Part shown: piece after piece, positions 29,621-38,507 of the stretch
Layout: each line of letters begins with the position of its first letter
Numbering within the stretch: the stretch's first letter is position 1
Source: a virus
Lineage: Duplodnaviria > Caudoviricetes
DNA: 56,742 nucleotides
Direction: 5' to 3' (one strand)
IMG/VR virus record: IMGVR_UViG_3300042521_001523
Coordinates: 1 to 56,742 of that record
Position numbers and translations under genes: made by a program
Notes under the pieces: model-generated
Told to the model about the DNA's origin: nothing
Databases searched by the model: none
Seen by the model: only the letters and a program-made list of their open reading frames with translations

Positions 29621-29874
29621 CAGCAGTTCCAAGCCCGGAGGGACTTGTTGATCCGGCTGTTCGGATCATTCGCCGTCTTGGCGCTGGTCAGCTTCTTTTT
29701 CATCCCCTTCATCCGGGCACAGAAGCTGTCGCGGCGCGGGCCACCCTCAGGCTGTGGCGCCTTCAGGCCGGGTTTCCCAGGGTTGGCGCGGTTGTAGGAA
29801 GCACGCCCCTTGGCGTTCAGGCCACCTTCAGGGTCCTTACCTTCCTTGCGCTGCCAAGCAGGCGTCTTAGCCAT
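29620..29874 (-). CDS. Small basic protein (DUF6321-like)
   Basis: AWQRKEGKDPEGGLNAKGRASYN..SFCARM..SLRAWNC. Confidence 0.65.
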   Translation of the reverse strand: MAKTPAWQRKEGKDPEGGLNAKGRASYNRANPGKPGLKAPQPEGGPRRDSFCARMKGMKKKLTSAKTANDPNSRINKSLRAWNC

Positions 29875-30719
29875 CAGGCATTCACCCCCTTGATCACGAC
29901 GAAGTTGAGCACGGGCGTATCGGACGGGGTAGCGGAATTGCTGTGGTTGGAGACCGTGATCTTGCACGAACCCGCTGAGACCGCAGTGACGGTTACATCA
30001 TAGCTCGCCCCGGTCAGGCCAGAGGCGAAGCAAACGTACACCACATCGGTCGCATCGATGAAGCTGTTGGTTAAGGTAAACTCGTTAGATCCATGCCCAG
30101 AAATCGCCGTAGATGCGAACAGCGTGATCTGACCACTCAGCTTGTTGAGCGTCACCCCAGTCGTGCGGCTCGTTAGCTGCGTGACCGTACCGCCGGTACC
30201 TGAGCCACCATAACCAAACGGAGCAGTAGCAACAATCTCACCAGTACCGTTAGGTGAAAGGGTCAGGTTCTGGTTTGTAGTAGTGGTAGAGATCACACCG
30301 CCATTTATACCAACGCCGTCAGCGACAACCTTACCGGTCCCCTTGGGAACCAGGGTGATACTGATATTGGTATCTGTGCCATCGGCGGTAAACGTGGCGC
30401 CCGTAAGATCAATATGTGCTGCCGCAGCAGTAGTGCTGAAAGTAGTTGCGTTTAAGGTTGTAAACGTAGCAGTCGGGATAACAACTGCACCTGTACCGTT
30501 GGGGGTGATGTTGATGTTGCCGTTGGTGTCGGTCGAGGAGATCGTGTTGCCGTCGATCTTGATGTTATCGACCGAGGCAGAACCCGTACCGAGCGACAGC
30601 GCCGTAGCAACACCGGTCCCGCTATGGACCACCTTCTCAGCACCCGCAGGGCCGCCGTCGATGTGCAGCAGCTGGCTGTAGGTATCCTTGATCTTGTTGC
30701 CAGTCAGATTGATAGGCAC
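29874..30719 (-). CDS. Virion fibre/decoration protein
   Basis: Three N.NI.(I/L).P.GTG repeats; Thr/Gly-rich beta protein. Confidence 0.65.
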   Translation of the reverse strand: MPINLTGNKIKDTYSQLLHIDGGPAGAEKVVHSGTGVATALSLGTGSASVDNIKIDGNTISSTDTNGNINITPNGTGAVVIPTATFTTLNATTFSTTAAAAHIDLTGATFTADGTDTNISITLVPKGTGKVVADGVGINGGVISTTTTNQNLTLSPNGTGEIVATAPFGYGGSGTGGTVTQLTSRTTGVTLNKLSGQITLFASTAISGHGSNEFTLTNSFIDATDVVYVCFASGLTGASYDVTVTAVSAGSCKITVSNHSNSATPSDTPVLNFVVIKGVNA

Positions 30720-30734
30720 AGCGGGCTCCTGAGT

Positions 30735-30766
30735 AAAAAGGAGAATAGGGGCCTAAGCCCCTATTC
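30735..30766 (-). terminator. Intrinsic terminator after capsid gene block
   Basis: 10-bp stem GAATAGGGGC/GCCCCTATTC followed on - strand by TCCTTTTT. Confidence 0.7.
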
Positions 30767-30767
30767 A

Positions 30768-31283
30768 TTAAGACACGGTTGCGCTGAACGGCGTAGCTTC
30801 AGAACCGGTAGCGATAACAGTGCCAGTGACGCTGAAATAACCAGCAGCCACATCAACAATGTTGATACGCTCACCAATCTTCACCGAGCCGGTCGTGGTG
30901 CGGTTCAATGTAATCGTATCGCTCGCAGCCACGGTCCCAAACGTCGTGGCAGTGCCATCGGCGTTATCAACCACGGTCAACGACCCAGACAACACATCGG
31001 TCGCATTGGCCACCTTGATCACATGGCTGTTGCTGGTAGCAAGAGCCTTGGTCACAAAGGTGTACACGTTACCCGTACCGGTTGCCGCAGGAAGCGTCAC
31101 AGTGGAGCCCGCAGCGGCATCCAAAGCGATAATCTTCCCGGCATGGGAAGCAGCGGTCACAGTCAAAGTTGATCCGGCGGAAACCGGAACAGCAATGCTG
31201 GTAACCGTACCAACCACGAGGCTATCAACCTTCGCTTCAATAGCGCGTAGGTTAGACTGCGTAATACCCGTATAGAGAGCCAT
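30768..31283 (-). CDS. Capsid decoration-like protein
   Basis: VTLPAATGTG..YTF; after MCP; AGGAG SD. Confidence 0.6.
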   Translation of the reverse strand: MALYTGITQSNLRAIEAKVDSLVVGTVTSIAVPVSAGSTLTVTAASHAGKIIALDAAAGSTVTLPAATGTGNVYTFVTKALATSNSHVIKVANATDVLSGSLTVVDNADGTATTFGTVAASDTITLNRTTTGSVKIGERINIVDVAAGYFSVTGTVIATGSEATPFSATVS

Positions 31284-31288
31284 GATCT

Positions 31289-31324
31289 ATCTCCTGTGAG
31301 GAGATGGGGGGCCGAAGCCCCCCA
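31289..31324 (-). promoter_or_regulatory. UUCG hairpin plus adjacent SD-sequestering hairpin
   Basis: - strand TGGGGGGC-TTCG-GCCCCCCA then ATCTCCT-CAC-AGGAGAT covering the SD of 31283. Confidence 0.5.
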
Positions 31325-31329
31325 CCGGG

Positions 31330-31806
31330 TTATGCGCTTGGGATGCTACCCTGATCGGCGCCCATGTCGATCACAGCGAGCTGGATCTTCACGCGGGCGA
31401 CATCAACGTTGTTGCTGTTCATGGTCAGCAGCACGTTGGTAGCAGCCGTAGCAAGATAAGCCGCAGTATCGGCATAACCGCCAACCGTGCCGACCGTGCC
31501 GTTCAGGTCGAAACCGTCGATCCAGAAGTCGGTGGTGCCGCCACCGATGCCGACATCGATGTTGGCCGACGCGCCCTCAGCCTTCACAAGCACCGCAGAG
31601 CCGTTCAGAACGAACGTACCCTTTGGCAGCGTGCAAAGGACCAGGGTATCGGTAGAGGCCAGGGCAGCCACACCCGCCGCCGAACGCGCAGCCGCAATCT
31701 TAGCAAAGTCGAGATCAATCTCGATCACCGAGAGGCGGTTGGCGTAGTTCGACGGATAGGACGTGGAGCCCTTATTGAACCCAAGGGAGTCCGTGTAAGC
31801 AGCCAT
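31330..31806 (-). CDS. Minor capsid/decoration protein
   Basis: 158 aa immediately after MCP, AAGGAG SD. Confidence 0.6.
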   Translation of the reverse strand: MAAYTDSLGFNKGSTSYPSNYANRLSVIEIDLDFAKIAAARSAAGVAALASTDTLVLCTLPKGTFVLNGSAVLVKAEGASANIDVGIGGGTTDFWIDGFDLNGTVGTVGGYADTAAYLATAATNVLLTMNSNNVDVARVKIQLAVIDMGADQGSIPSA

Positions 31807-31818
31807 GTCTATCTCTCC

Positions 31819-32748
31819 TTAGGCGAAGGTCACAACGGACTGGGCCAGAGCTTCCGGCTTCACCACCTTGTAGCCATAGACCTGAAGGCCACGGATGACG
31901 TTACCGAAAGTGCTCTCCGAGCGGATGGTCTCCATCTCCGTCATCTGCGACGCGAAGGTGAGGCCCATCTTGGTCCCAGCGACGATGTTGTACTTCCCAC
32001 CCGTGTCAACCTTCAGGTTGTGGCTGACATAGAGCGTGAAGCGATCCACCATGCCCAGGCGGCCATTGCGGATCATCGAGGTGCCGTCACCGACCAGCGA
32101 CGCATCCTTCAGCTCGGACTTCTTGATGAGGCCAGCCATGCGGGCCGGGATCACCAGGAAGCGACCGGCTTCCGGGCAGTTCGCCTCGTCGAGCACGGTA
32201 CCCAGATCGACGATCAGGTCCACCACCGAAGCGGTGCCGCCAGCGCCGTCCTTCGTCACCGTCAGCGGAGAAGCCGTGGTGCCGAGGTTGAACGCGCCGG
32301 AAACTGCACCCGCCGCCGTGCCCTTGTTCAGAGCAGCGATGTCGGGGAGCATGTCGGTCAGCACGCGCTGGTCGATCTTGATCTTCATCTGCTCGGACGC
32401 ATCCTTGGACCACATGTCCATCAGCTTGATGTCCGACTGAACGCGATCAATGTCATCCTCAACGCAGGCGAAGTACTCGCCCTTGTCGATGACCAGCTGG
32501 AGCTTCGGCTTGTCGGGGTTCTCCACGACAATGCCCTGACCCTTCACGTACTCACGGATCGTGATGTTCGGGGTCGTACGGATGTTCACCGTATCACCCT
32601 GGTTGCGGATCTCACCCTCATAGTCGGTGTTCGAGATCGCAGCCAGAACGGTGGCATCGTAGAAGTTTTCGATCAGCTTGCCGGACCAAATCTCGGGGAT
32701 GAAGTTACCCGAGTAGTTGGGGCGGCCAGGAGCAACAGGGTAGCCCAT
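31819..32748 (-). CDS. Major capsid protein
   Basis: NFIPEIWSGK, NTDYEGEI..GDTVNI, RGLQVYGYKVVKPEAL; follows scaffold. Confidence 0.88.
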   Translation of the reverse strand: MGYPVAPGRPNYSGNFIPEIWSGKLIENFYDATVLAAISNTDYEGEIRNQGDTVNIRTTPNITIREYVKGQGIVVENPDKPKLQLVIDKGEYFACVEDDIDRVQSDIKLMDMWSKDASEQMKIKIDQRVLTDMLPDIAALNKGTAAGAVSGAFNLGTTASPLTVTKDGAGGTASVVDLIVDLGTVLDEANCPEAGRFLVIPARMAGLIKKSELKDASLVGDGTSMIRNGRLGMVDRFTLYVSHNLKVDTGGKYNIVAGTKMGLTFASQMTEMETIRSESTFGNVIRGLQVYGYKVVKPEALAQSVVTFA

Positions 32749-32760
32749 GGTTCTCTCCAC

Positions 32761-33768
32761 TTAACCGTTGGCGACAATGCGATTTTCGCGCTGTGCGGCG
32801 AAGATATCGCGTTCGATCCGGTCGCGCTCGGCTTCCTTCCCCCGATAGGCACCACGGCGAACATCGTCAAAGAACTTGGCGATGTCCTTCGAGGAGTAGG
32901 TCTTGTTGGCAGTACCCGTAGCGGGGACAGACCCCCCACGGCTACGTCCAGGGGCGACCTGCTTATCGAGTTGGGAGTCCGACGCACTCCGATGGGGCTG
33001 AGCAACAGGTTGGCCGTTCAGACCCTGCCAAGCAGTGAAGAAAGCAGCAACACGCCGAACATCGAGATTGCGCTGAGCATCTTCCAGATACGTCTGGCGG
33101 GTCAGACCCGTCAGCGGATCAACGTCGAGGAGCCACCTGTGGAAGTCCTGGCTGGTGTTGATATCGCGCCATTCAGGAACCGCCGTAGTCAGCTCACTCC
33201 AGAAAGCCTGCTCAGCCGTCACGGCCTGTCGTTGAGCGACCTGCTCAACGCGCGGGAGAACACTGGTCTGCACCTGCTTCAGCATGTGCTCCAGCTCAGC
33301 GATCTTACGCTGGTATGCCGAGGACTCCTCACGGGAGACGCGCCGCATAACCTCGATGGAATCGCCGTACTCCTCAACATCCTTCTCGGTCACCAGCTTC
33401 TCTGCCGCCGTAGCGGGGACCTGCTGTGGAGCCGCAGAAAGAGTGGCCAGCAACTGCTCTAGTTGCGTAACCCTGCTATTCAGTTGCTGATTGTCCGCAC
33501 GAAGGCGGGCAGTGTCAGCGTTGTACATCCCTTGGAGCGTGCGATACCGCTGCTCAAAGGTCTGTGCGTCACTATTGGTGTCCGGTCGCCGTTGCTCACT
33601 CGGCGCGGACTCAGGCGCAGCATCGGTCGCACTGTCGGCGGGCGCAGGCTGATCAGCAACAACGCCCGTAGCATCCGCCGCATCGGCAGGTGCTTCATTG
33701 GCAGCGTTATCCTGGTACAGCTTGGCAATCGCCTCAGACTGACGACGGACCTGCTCGGGAATGGCCAC
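32761..33768 (-). CDS. Capsid scaffolding protein
   Basis: Acidic low-complexity N-terminus, coiled coil, C-terminal IFAAQRENRI; between portal and MCP. Confidence 0.75.
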   Translation of the reverse strand: MAIPEQVRRQSEAIAKLYQDNAANEAPADAADATGVVADQPAPADSATDAAPESAPSEQRRPDTNSDAQTFEQRYRTLQGMYNADTARLRADNQQLNSRVTQLEQLLATLSAAPQQVPATAAEKLVTEKDVEEYGDSIEVMRRVSREESSAYQRKIAELEHMLKQVQTSVLPRVEQVAQRQAVTAEQAFWSELTTAVPEWRDINTSQDFHRWLLDVDPLTGLTRQTYLEDAQRNLDVRRVAAFFTAWQGLNGQPVAQPHRSASDSQLDKQVAPGRSRGGSVPATGTANKTYSSKDIAKFFDDVRRGAYRGKEAERDRIERDIFAAQRENRIVANG

Positions 33769-33816
33769 AATACGCTCCTTATCGGTGTGCGTGGTTAAGC
33801 AGCTGCTACTTGCGCA

Positions 33817-34047
33817 CTACCCCTTATGGGGGTCCGCACGAAGTTTTGCGGCTACGTCGGGGGCATCCTGTACCAAGCGGTACAGCTCTGTCAACATTTG
33901 ACACCTACCCTGAGCGACCGCGACACTAGCGGGGGCTACAAAGGGTAGTTGCTCTAGTTCGCGCTGCCGCCATTCGGTCAGCCAGGGCAGGATCATGTTA
34001 CTTGCCCGGGCAAGTGCCATCACGACCTCGGGCGGGGGCCGGGTCAT
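33817..34047 (-). CDS. Hypothetical protein
   Basis: 76 aa coupled to portal stop; AQGR motif. Confidence 0.65.
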   Translation of the reverse strand: MTRPPPEVVMALARASNMILPWLTEWRQRELEQLPFVAPASVAVAQGRCQMLTELYRLVQDAPDVAAKLRADPHKG

Positions 34048-36089
34048 TAGGCTTGGCCCGTCATCTGGTTGGCGACCACGTTCATCTGCGAGCCTGGACC
34101 GCCGCCCTCAGGCGAAGGCGCCGGGGCCTGACCCTGCGGAGCCGCTAGCTGGGCCTGCTGCTGGGTACGGATCATGTAGTCGAGCTTCTCGCGCGACGGG
34201 ATAATCTCATCGACCGGCATCTGGAGGCCCTTGGCCACCTCACGCAGCAGCGCCGCACGGCCATCGATGCCGACGATCTGCATATCCACTGGGTTGGCGG
34301 TCGCGTTGAGGAACTCGACGCGCCGAACGTTGACCGTCTCGCGCACAGCGAGGTTGATCGCGCCACGCGGGATGATCTCGGCGTCACCCTTGATCGCCTC
34401 ATCCGGGTCATAGCGCATGTTATAAACAAACTGACGCTTAACGACCGGCTTGATAACGTCGTTATCGATGTGCATGACAACCTGTCGGATGCCCTTGCCC
34501 GCCGAGCCCATCAGCATCGATAGACCAGAAGCAGTGCGGCCCGCGCCGCGCACATCCACGTCGCCGTAGATGTAGGCCGGGATGCCCGAGTGGTCGTCGG
34601 CGAGGCGGGAAAACCGCTCGTAGACCGCCATCAGCGTGCTGGCATTGTCGCTCGGCTGGTTGAAGCGCACCGCCGGGGCCGACGACCCGAGCGGATCATT
34701 CAGCGTCTGCCAGATCTTCCAGGGGTACATCTGGGTGATGTCTTCGTTCGGCGGGATGCGGTCGAGATTCACCTCAACCTGCGGGCCGGACGCCACCGCC
34801 ATGTTGTTCACCAGAGCCCGCGCCGCCGCGTTGCAGACGTTCTGCAAGTCCTCGATGATCTCGGGGATGCCACGGCCCCAGAAGGCACCCGGCGTCTTGA
34901 TGAAGGAGGTCTTGGCGTAGGGCTTCTCGCCCAGCGGGTCGTAGTTTAGCACCGCCTTGATGATGTAGTTACCCACCATCCAGACGTTCGCGTCGTACTC
35001 ACGCATCTCATCCGGCACCTCGGTAGGGTCCATACCCCACTCGCGGAGCATCTTGCCGCTGACCTTGCCCCAGAACTCCAGGGCATCGAAGAGGTCGGTC
35101 GGGCGCATCTCCGTGAAGTACTTGCGCTCCTCCTCTTCGCGCTGCATCTCGATGGTCTCCGAGACCCAGCTCTGGCCCGGACCAGCCTCGATGGCCTTGC
35201 GAATGGCCGCATCGTCGTAGCCCGGCACGCCGATCAGATCGGCCATGGCCGAACGGCTAAGGCGATGGTGCTCGAACAGGTAGCCGTCGTTGAGGCGCGT
35301 GATGCCCGGCTCGGGGTAGATGTTGAACGGGCTAACCCGCTCGAACTCAGGCGCCAGCCGCTCGCTAGCCTCGACCGTGGTGCGGCCATCTGGCCCCTTT
35401 ACCCAGCCCAGGTGACGCTGACGCCGGACAATCGGCCCCTTCACAAAGGCGCAGGGGAAGGTCACCAGATCGGTGATGAACTCGTTGAACGCATCAGCCC
35501 ATCCACCCTGAGCGAACTGGTCGTCGATGCGGATCTTCATCCCATCCACCCGGGCCTGGGCAGCCTGGAGGATTTTGAAACGGTACTCCTGAGCGACGAT
35601 CTCCTTCATCTCCAGCATCTGAGCCGGGCTGGGGGCTTGCCCGGTCTGCTGGATCATCTCAACGACCCGCTCGGCAAAGCCTTGCTGGATCTCTCCTGTG
35701 TGGTCGGGCGAGAGGTCAGGGATAGGCGTGGGCTGCATATCCCACGGGGGGAAGCCAGTATCGAGGAGGATGTCGCGCAGCCAGCTCTCAGCCGCCCGGC
35801 ACTTCACCTCGGTGAGCATCATATAAACTTCGGAGCCACCCTGCTTGCGAATGGCTTGCAGCTTGTCGGCCTCGTACTCGCCATTGCGCTGGCGCATGGC
35901 CTTCAGCATGAGGTCGTTGATGGGGTCCTTGGCGATGCGCGCGGCATCCCAGCACTCGCGCATGTAGGCCGACAGGCCAAGGATCAGGTCACTATTCTGC
36001 CGAGCCTGAACCTCCGCATCCAGCCGTTCCTTCTCGGCCCGCTCGATCTCGGAGTTACTGACGACGCGGAGAATGGTGAGGCCCGGCAT
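34047..36089 (-). CDS. Portal protein
   Basis: 680 aa after terL; VSPFNIYP, FWGRGIPE, RTASGLSMLM, Gln-rich tail. Confidence 0.85.
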   Translation of the reverse strand: MPGLTILRVVSNSEIERAEKERLDAEVQARQNSDLILGLSAYMRECWDAARIAKDPINDLMLKAMRQRNGEYEADKLQAIRKQGGSEVYMMLTEVKCRAAESWLRDILLDTGFPPWDMQPTPIPDLSPDHTGEIQQGFAERVVEMIQQTGQAPSPAQMLEMKEIVAQEYRFKILQAAQARVDGMKIRIDDQFAQGGWADAFNEFITDLVTFPCAFVKGPIVRRQRHLGWVKGPDGRTTVEASERLAPEFERVSPFNIYPEPGITRLNDGYLFEHHRLSRSAMADLIGVPGYDDAAIRKAIEAGPGQSWVSETIEMQREEEERKYFTEMRPTDLFDALEFWGKVSGKMLREWGMDPTEVPDEMREYDANVWMVGNYIIKAVLNYDPLGEKPYAKTSFIKTPGAFWGRGIPEIIEDLQNVCNAAARALVNNMAVASGPQVEVNLDRIPPNEDITQMYPWKIWQTLNDPLGSSAPAVRFNQPSDNASTLMAVYERFSRLADDHSGIPAYIYGDVDVRGAGRTASGLSMLMGSAGKGIRQVVMHIDNDVIKPVVKRQFVYNMRYDPDEAIKGDAEIIPRGAINLAVRETVNVRRVEFLNATANPVDMQIVGIDGRAALLREVAKGLQMPVDEIIPSREKLDYMIRTQQQAQLAAPQGQAPAPSPEGGGPGSQMNVVANQMTGQA

Positions 36090-36099
36090 GGGTTCCCCG

Positions 36100-36453
36100 T
36101 TAGCTCACAGGTCCGCGAAGGACGAGGTACACATCGACCGCATCGCTCGTCCCGCCCGCCACGCTGGGGCGAAAGTAGATCGAGGAGCGTCCAATCTCGA
36201 AGTGGGCCGCCGCCGTGGCGCTAACCGTCGTGCCGTGCACGTCCTTGATGTCGGCGTAGGTGGTACCGTCATTCGACACCTGGAGCTTGGCCGTCGCACC
36301 GCCAAAGGTACCAGCAAACTGCACCGCCGCGTTCAGCCCCAGCCGACCCTGCACAGCGTAGGGCAGCACCGTATCGCCAGTGGCGATGTTCTCCCAAAGC
36401 AGATAGGGAACACCCTCAGCGGTGCGGGAGAGAACCGGAGCAACCGTCGCCAT
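36100..36453 (-). CDS. Hypothetical beta-rich virion protein
   Basis: GTFGGAT.KLQVSNDG; ATG 36453 just after sRNA terminator. Confidence 0.65.
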   Translation of the reverse strand: MATVAPVLSRTAEGVPYLLWENIATGDTVLPYAVQGRLGLNAAVQFAGTFGGATAKLQVSNDGTTYADIKDVHGTTVSATAAAHFEIGRSSIYFRPSVAGGTSDAVDVYLVLRGPVS

Positions 36454-36472
36454 ACCAACCCCCTCGCTGCCC

Positions 36473-36552
36473 AAAAAACCCCTGTCGGGAGCCGGGGGGC
36501 TCAACCGACAGGGAAGTTTGGGAGGTGAACACGGGTACAGAGGCGTGTACCC
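36473..36552 (-). ncRNA. Putative anti-SD small RNA 1 (~80 nt)
   Basis: GGGUACA-CGCCUC-UGUACCC hairpin, single-stranded GUGUUCACCUCCCAAACUU, terminator CCCUGUCGG..CCGACAGGG-G-UUUUUU. Confidence 0.7.
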
Positions 36553-36558
36553 ACCAGG

Positions 36559-36588
36559 ACCCTAACACGCTAAATCTTGGGGGTGCAA
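36559..36588 (-). promoter_or_regulatory. sigma70-like promoter for sRNA 1
   Basis: TTGCAC-N18-TAGGGT with TGn extension; predicted +1 at the first base of the hairpin. Confidence 0.55.
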
Positions 36589-36607
36589 GGCCCTTCTCCC
36601 CATGGCT

Positions 36608-36680
36608 AAAAACCCCCCGCCTAGTGGGGCGGGGGGCAGGCGGGGGAGAGTGAATGGAATCCGCACCATGCGGTCCACCC
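36608..36680 (-). ncRNA. Putative anti-SD small RNA 2 (~70 nt); its terminator also ends terL
   Basis: GGA-CCGCA-UGG-UGCGG-AU-UCC hairpin, linker AUUCACUCUCCCCCG, terminator CCCCCCGCC/GGCGGGGGG-UUUUU. Confidence 0.55.
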
Positions 36681-36682
36681 AG

Positions 36683-36711
36683 AAGGTATCAGGTCCACCC
36701 CACGGCGGCAA
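36683..36711 (-). promoter_or_regulatory. sigma70-like promoter in terL 3' end for sRNA 2
   Basis: TTGCCG-N17-TACCTT with TGn extension. Confidence 0.45.
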
Positions 36712-38098
36712 TCGGCACGATGTCCCGCTTGACCCTAACCATCGCCCCCTCACCCGCATTTCCGATGTGCAGCATCAGGTACTGGAGCGCCTCAGCGATG
36801 TGGCTGTGCTTGTTCTTGTCGATGCCGCCATCCCCCCGGTTCTTGTACCGGTAGCCCCCCATCATGGCCGCCTTGAGCTGCGTGCAGCTGGGGTCCATCA
36901 GGAAGGCCGGGTCGCCATCGACCTGCCGCATCAGGAAGTCATCGACCGCGTTGACCCGGGCCGAGATGCTGTTGGTCCTAGCCGAGATGACCCTGAACCC
37001 CTCAGCCTTGATGATATCGACCGCGCTCCGCTCGTCGGTCTGGGCGCGCTGCACACCCGCCGGGTCGGTCACTATGAGGACCGGCGCCCCTGGGAACCGC
37101 TCGAAGAGCAGCGGCTTGAGCACCGTTCGCACGAACCGCTGGATGCCCATGTCGAAGCTGACCGCCTCAGCCAGGATCAGTGCCCGCCCACGCGGGTCCT
37201 GCTGCCCGATGGCCGCCGCAGGCGTAAGCCCAAGGTCCATCCCCACAACGATGGGCCGCACCCCGTTGGTAATCGCCCGGAGCGGCGCCTTGGCCATGTG
37301 GTAGTCCGGCTTGAAGTACTTGTAGACCGGCGTGCCTGCCAGCGAGAGCCCGTACTCGCCGTCGATGTAGACCCGGACGTACTCATCCGACCGGCCCTGG
37401 GTGTCGTAGTACCCGTCCGGCAGGTTCTCCAGGTTCTCGGCGTAGGGGCTCCGGCCTGACGGCTGCTTGAACACATCCCAGCCGTTCTCGTTCAGCGAGA
37501 CGCCATCGACCGGGCTCAACTTCTCCATCTGGTAGTACCACCACGTGTCCATGGTGGGTGGGTTGGTATCACCCCACATCCCGAACCACGTCGGCCCGCC
37601 GTCCTTGGCAGACGGAAAGCGCCCAATGCGCTTCGACATGGCGTCCACGATGTCAGGGTGGATGTCGCGGCACTCGTTGAACCACGCGAAGGTCAGCTCC
37701 AGCGAGTTCAGGTTGGCCACATCGTCCGCGTCGTCGAGCGCGCGGAACATGATCTCGCACTCCACGTCGCCCACCCTGAAGAAGTAGGTCTTGGTGGTGC
37801 GCATGTACTCCCCGCACTGGCCCGGTGGGAACCAATCGAGGAAGGTCTTGATCGTGGTGTCCTGCAACTGCCTCGCAGTCTCACGTACAATGGCCGCGCG
37901 CGAGCGCCTACGCCCCTGAGCGTCGGGTTTCTGCATGGTAGCGCGCCGCACCACCTCAAAGGAGCAGGTCACGCTCTTACCAGAGCCGACTGGACCCATC
38001 AGGACCCGCATCCGCCGGTTAGAGTGCATGAACCGCTTACCTGTCGGCGGCGGTGTGTAGTCAATTTCGAGTGCCATGGTCAGTGTGGCTTGCGCCAA
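36689..38098 (-). CDS. terL: Terminase large subunit (start may be 38077)
   Basis: Walker A GPVGSGKS, WFNE Walker B, DTNPP motif III, nuclease GMDLG, SHIAEALQY. Confidence 0.92.
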   Translation of the reverse strand: MAQATLTMALEIDYTPPPTGKRFMHSNRRMRVLMGPVGSGKSVTCSFEVVRRATMQKPDAQGRRRSRAAIVRETARQLQDTTIKTFLDWFPPGQCGEYMRTTKTYFFRVGDVECEIMFRALDDADDVANLNSLELTFAWFNECRDIHPDIVDAMSKRIGRFPSAKDGGPTWFGMWGDTNPPTMDTWWYYQMEKLSPVDGVSLNENGWDVFKQPSGRSPYAENLENLPDGYYDTQGRSDEYVRVYIDGEYGLSLAGTPVYKYFKPDYHMAKAPLRAITNGVRPIVVGMDLGLTPAAAIGQQDPRGRALILAEAVSFDMGIQRFVRTVLKPLLFERFPGAPVLIVTDPAGVQRAQTDERSAVDIIKAEGFRVISARTNSISARVNAVDDFLMRQVDGDPAFLMDPSCTQLKAAMMGGYRYKNRGDGGIDKNKHSHIAEALQYLMLHIGNAGEGAMVRVKRDIVPIAAVGWT

Positions 38099-38310
38099 CC
38101 CTCCTCGTACGCCTCGCGGCCATCGGCGCTATGGTGAATGTGGTAGCCCGAGGTTTCGTCGTAGTAGGGATCGCACCAGCAGGGCGGATCTTCGGTGAAA
38201 ATGTGCTCTCGGATGTCATCCGCAGGCACCACATGCCACGACCCATCGGTCGTGTAGCTCTCATCGTCGTCGTACTCGCCGTGGGTGGGCTCTTTGCGAG
38301 TGTTGCTCAC
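38080..38310 (-). CDS. Hypothetical His/Cys-rich protein
   Basis: HVVP.DD.REH..CWCDP..HIHHSADGRE. Confidence 0.65.
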   Translation of the reverse strand: MSNTRKEPTHGEYDDDESYTTDGSWHVVPADDIREHIFTEDPPCWCDPYYDETSGYHIHHSADGREAYEEGWRKPH

Positions 38311-38507
38311 TGGAAAACCTCCACGAGGTAGCGCAATCCACGCTTGCGGGTGTTGGTTATCCGCGTCCGGTAGGACGCTCCACGTGCCATCAGCTCCTGC
38401 TCGACCCTTTTGACCTCTACCGGGCTCTCCAGCTCAATCAGATTCGCTGTCGTCGGAGTCGGACTCGATCTGCTGTGGCGTCGCGTCGATGACCGTCGCT
38501 GTTCCAA
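38307..38507 (-). CDS. Hypothetical protein (start uncertain)
   Basis: Fills gap, stop overlaps next ATG. Confidence 0.5.
   Translation of the reverse strand: MEQRRSSTRRHSRSSPTPTTANLIELESPVEVKRVEQELMARGASYRTRITNTRKRGLRYLVEVFQ

Noticed and set aside
31806-31840. Programmed frameshift or readthrough extending the capsid protein
   Set aside because: No slippery heptamer before TAA and the next gene has its own strong SD
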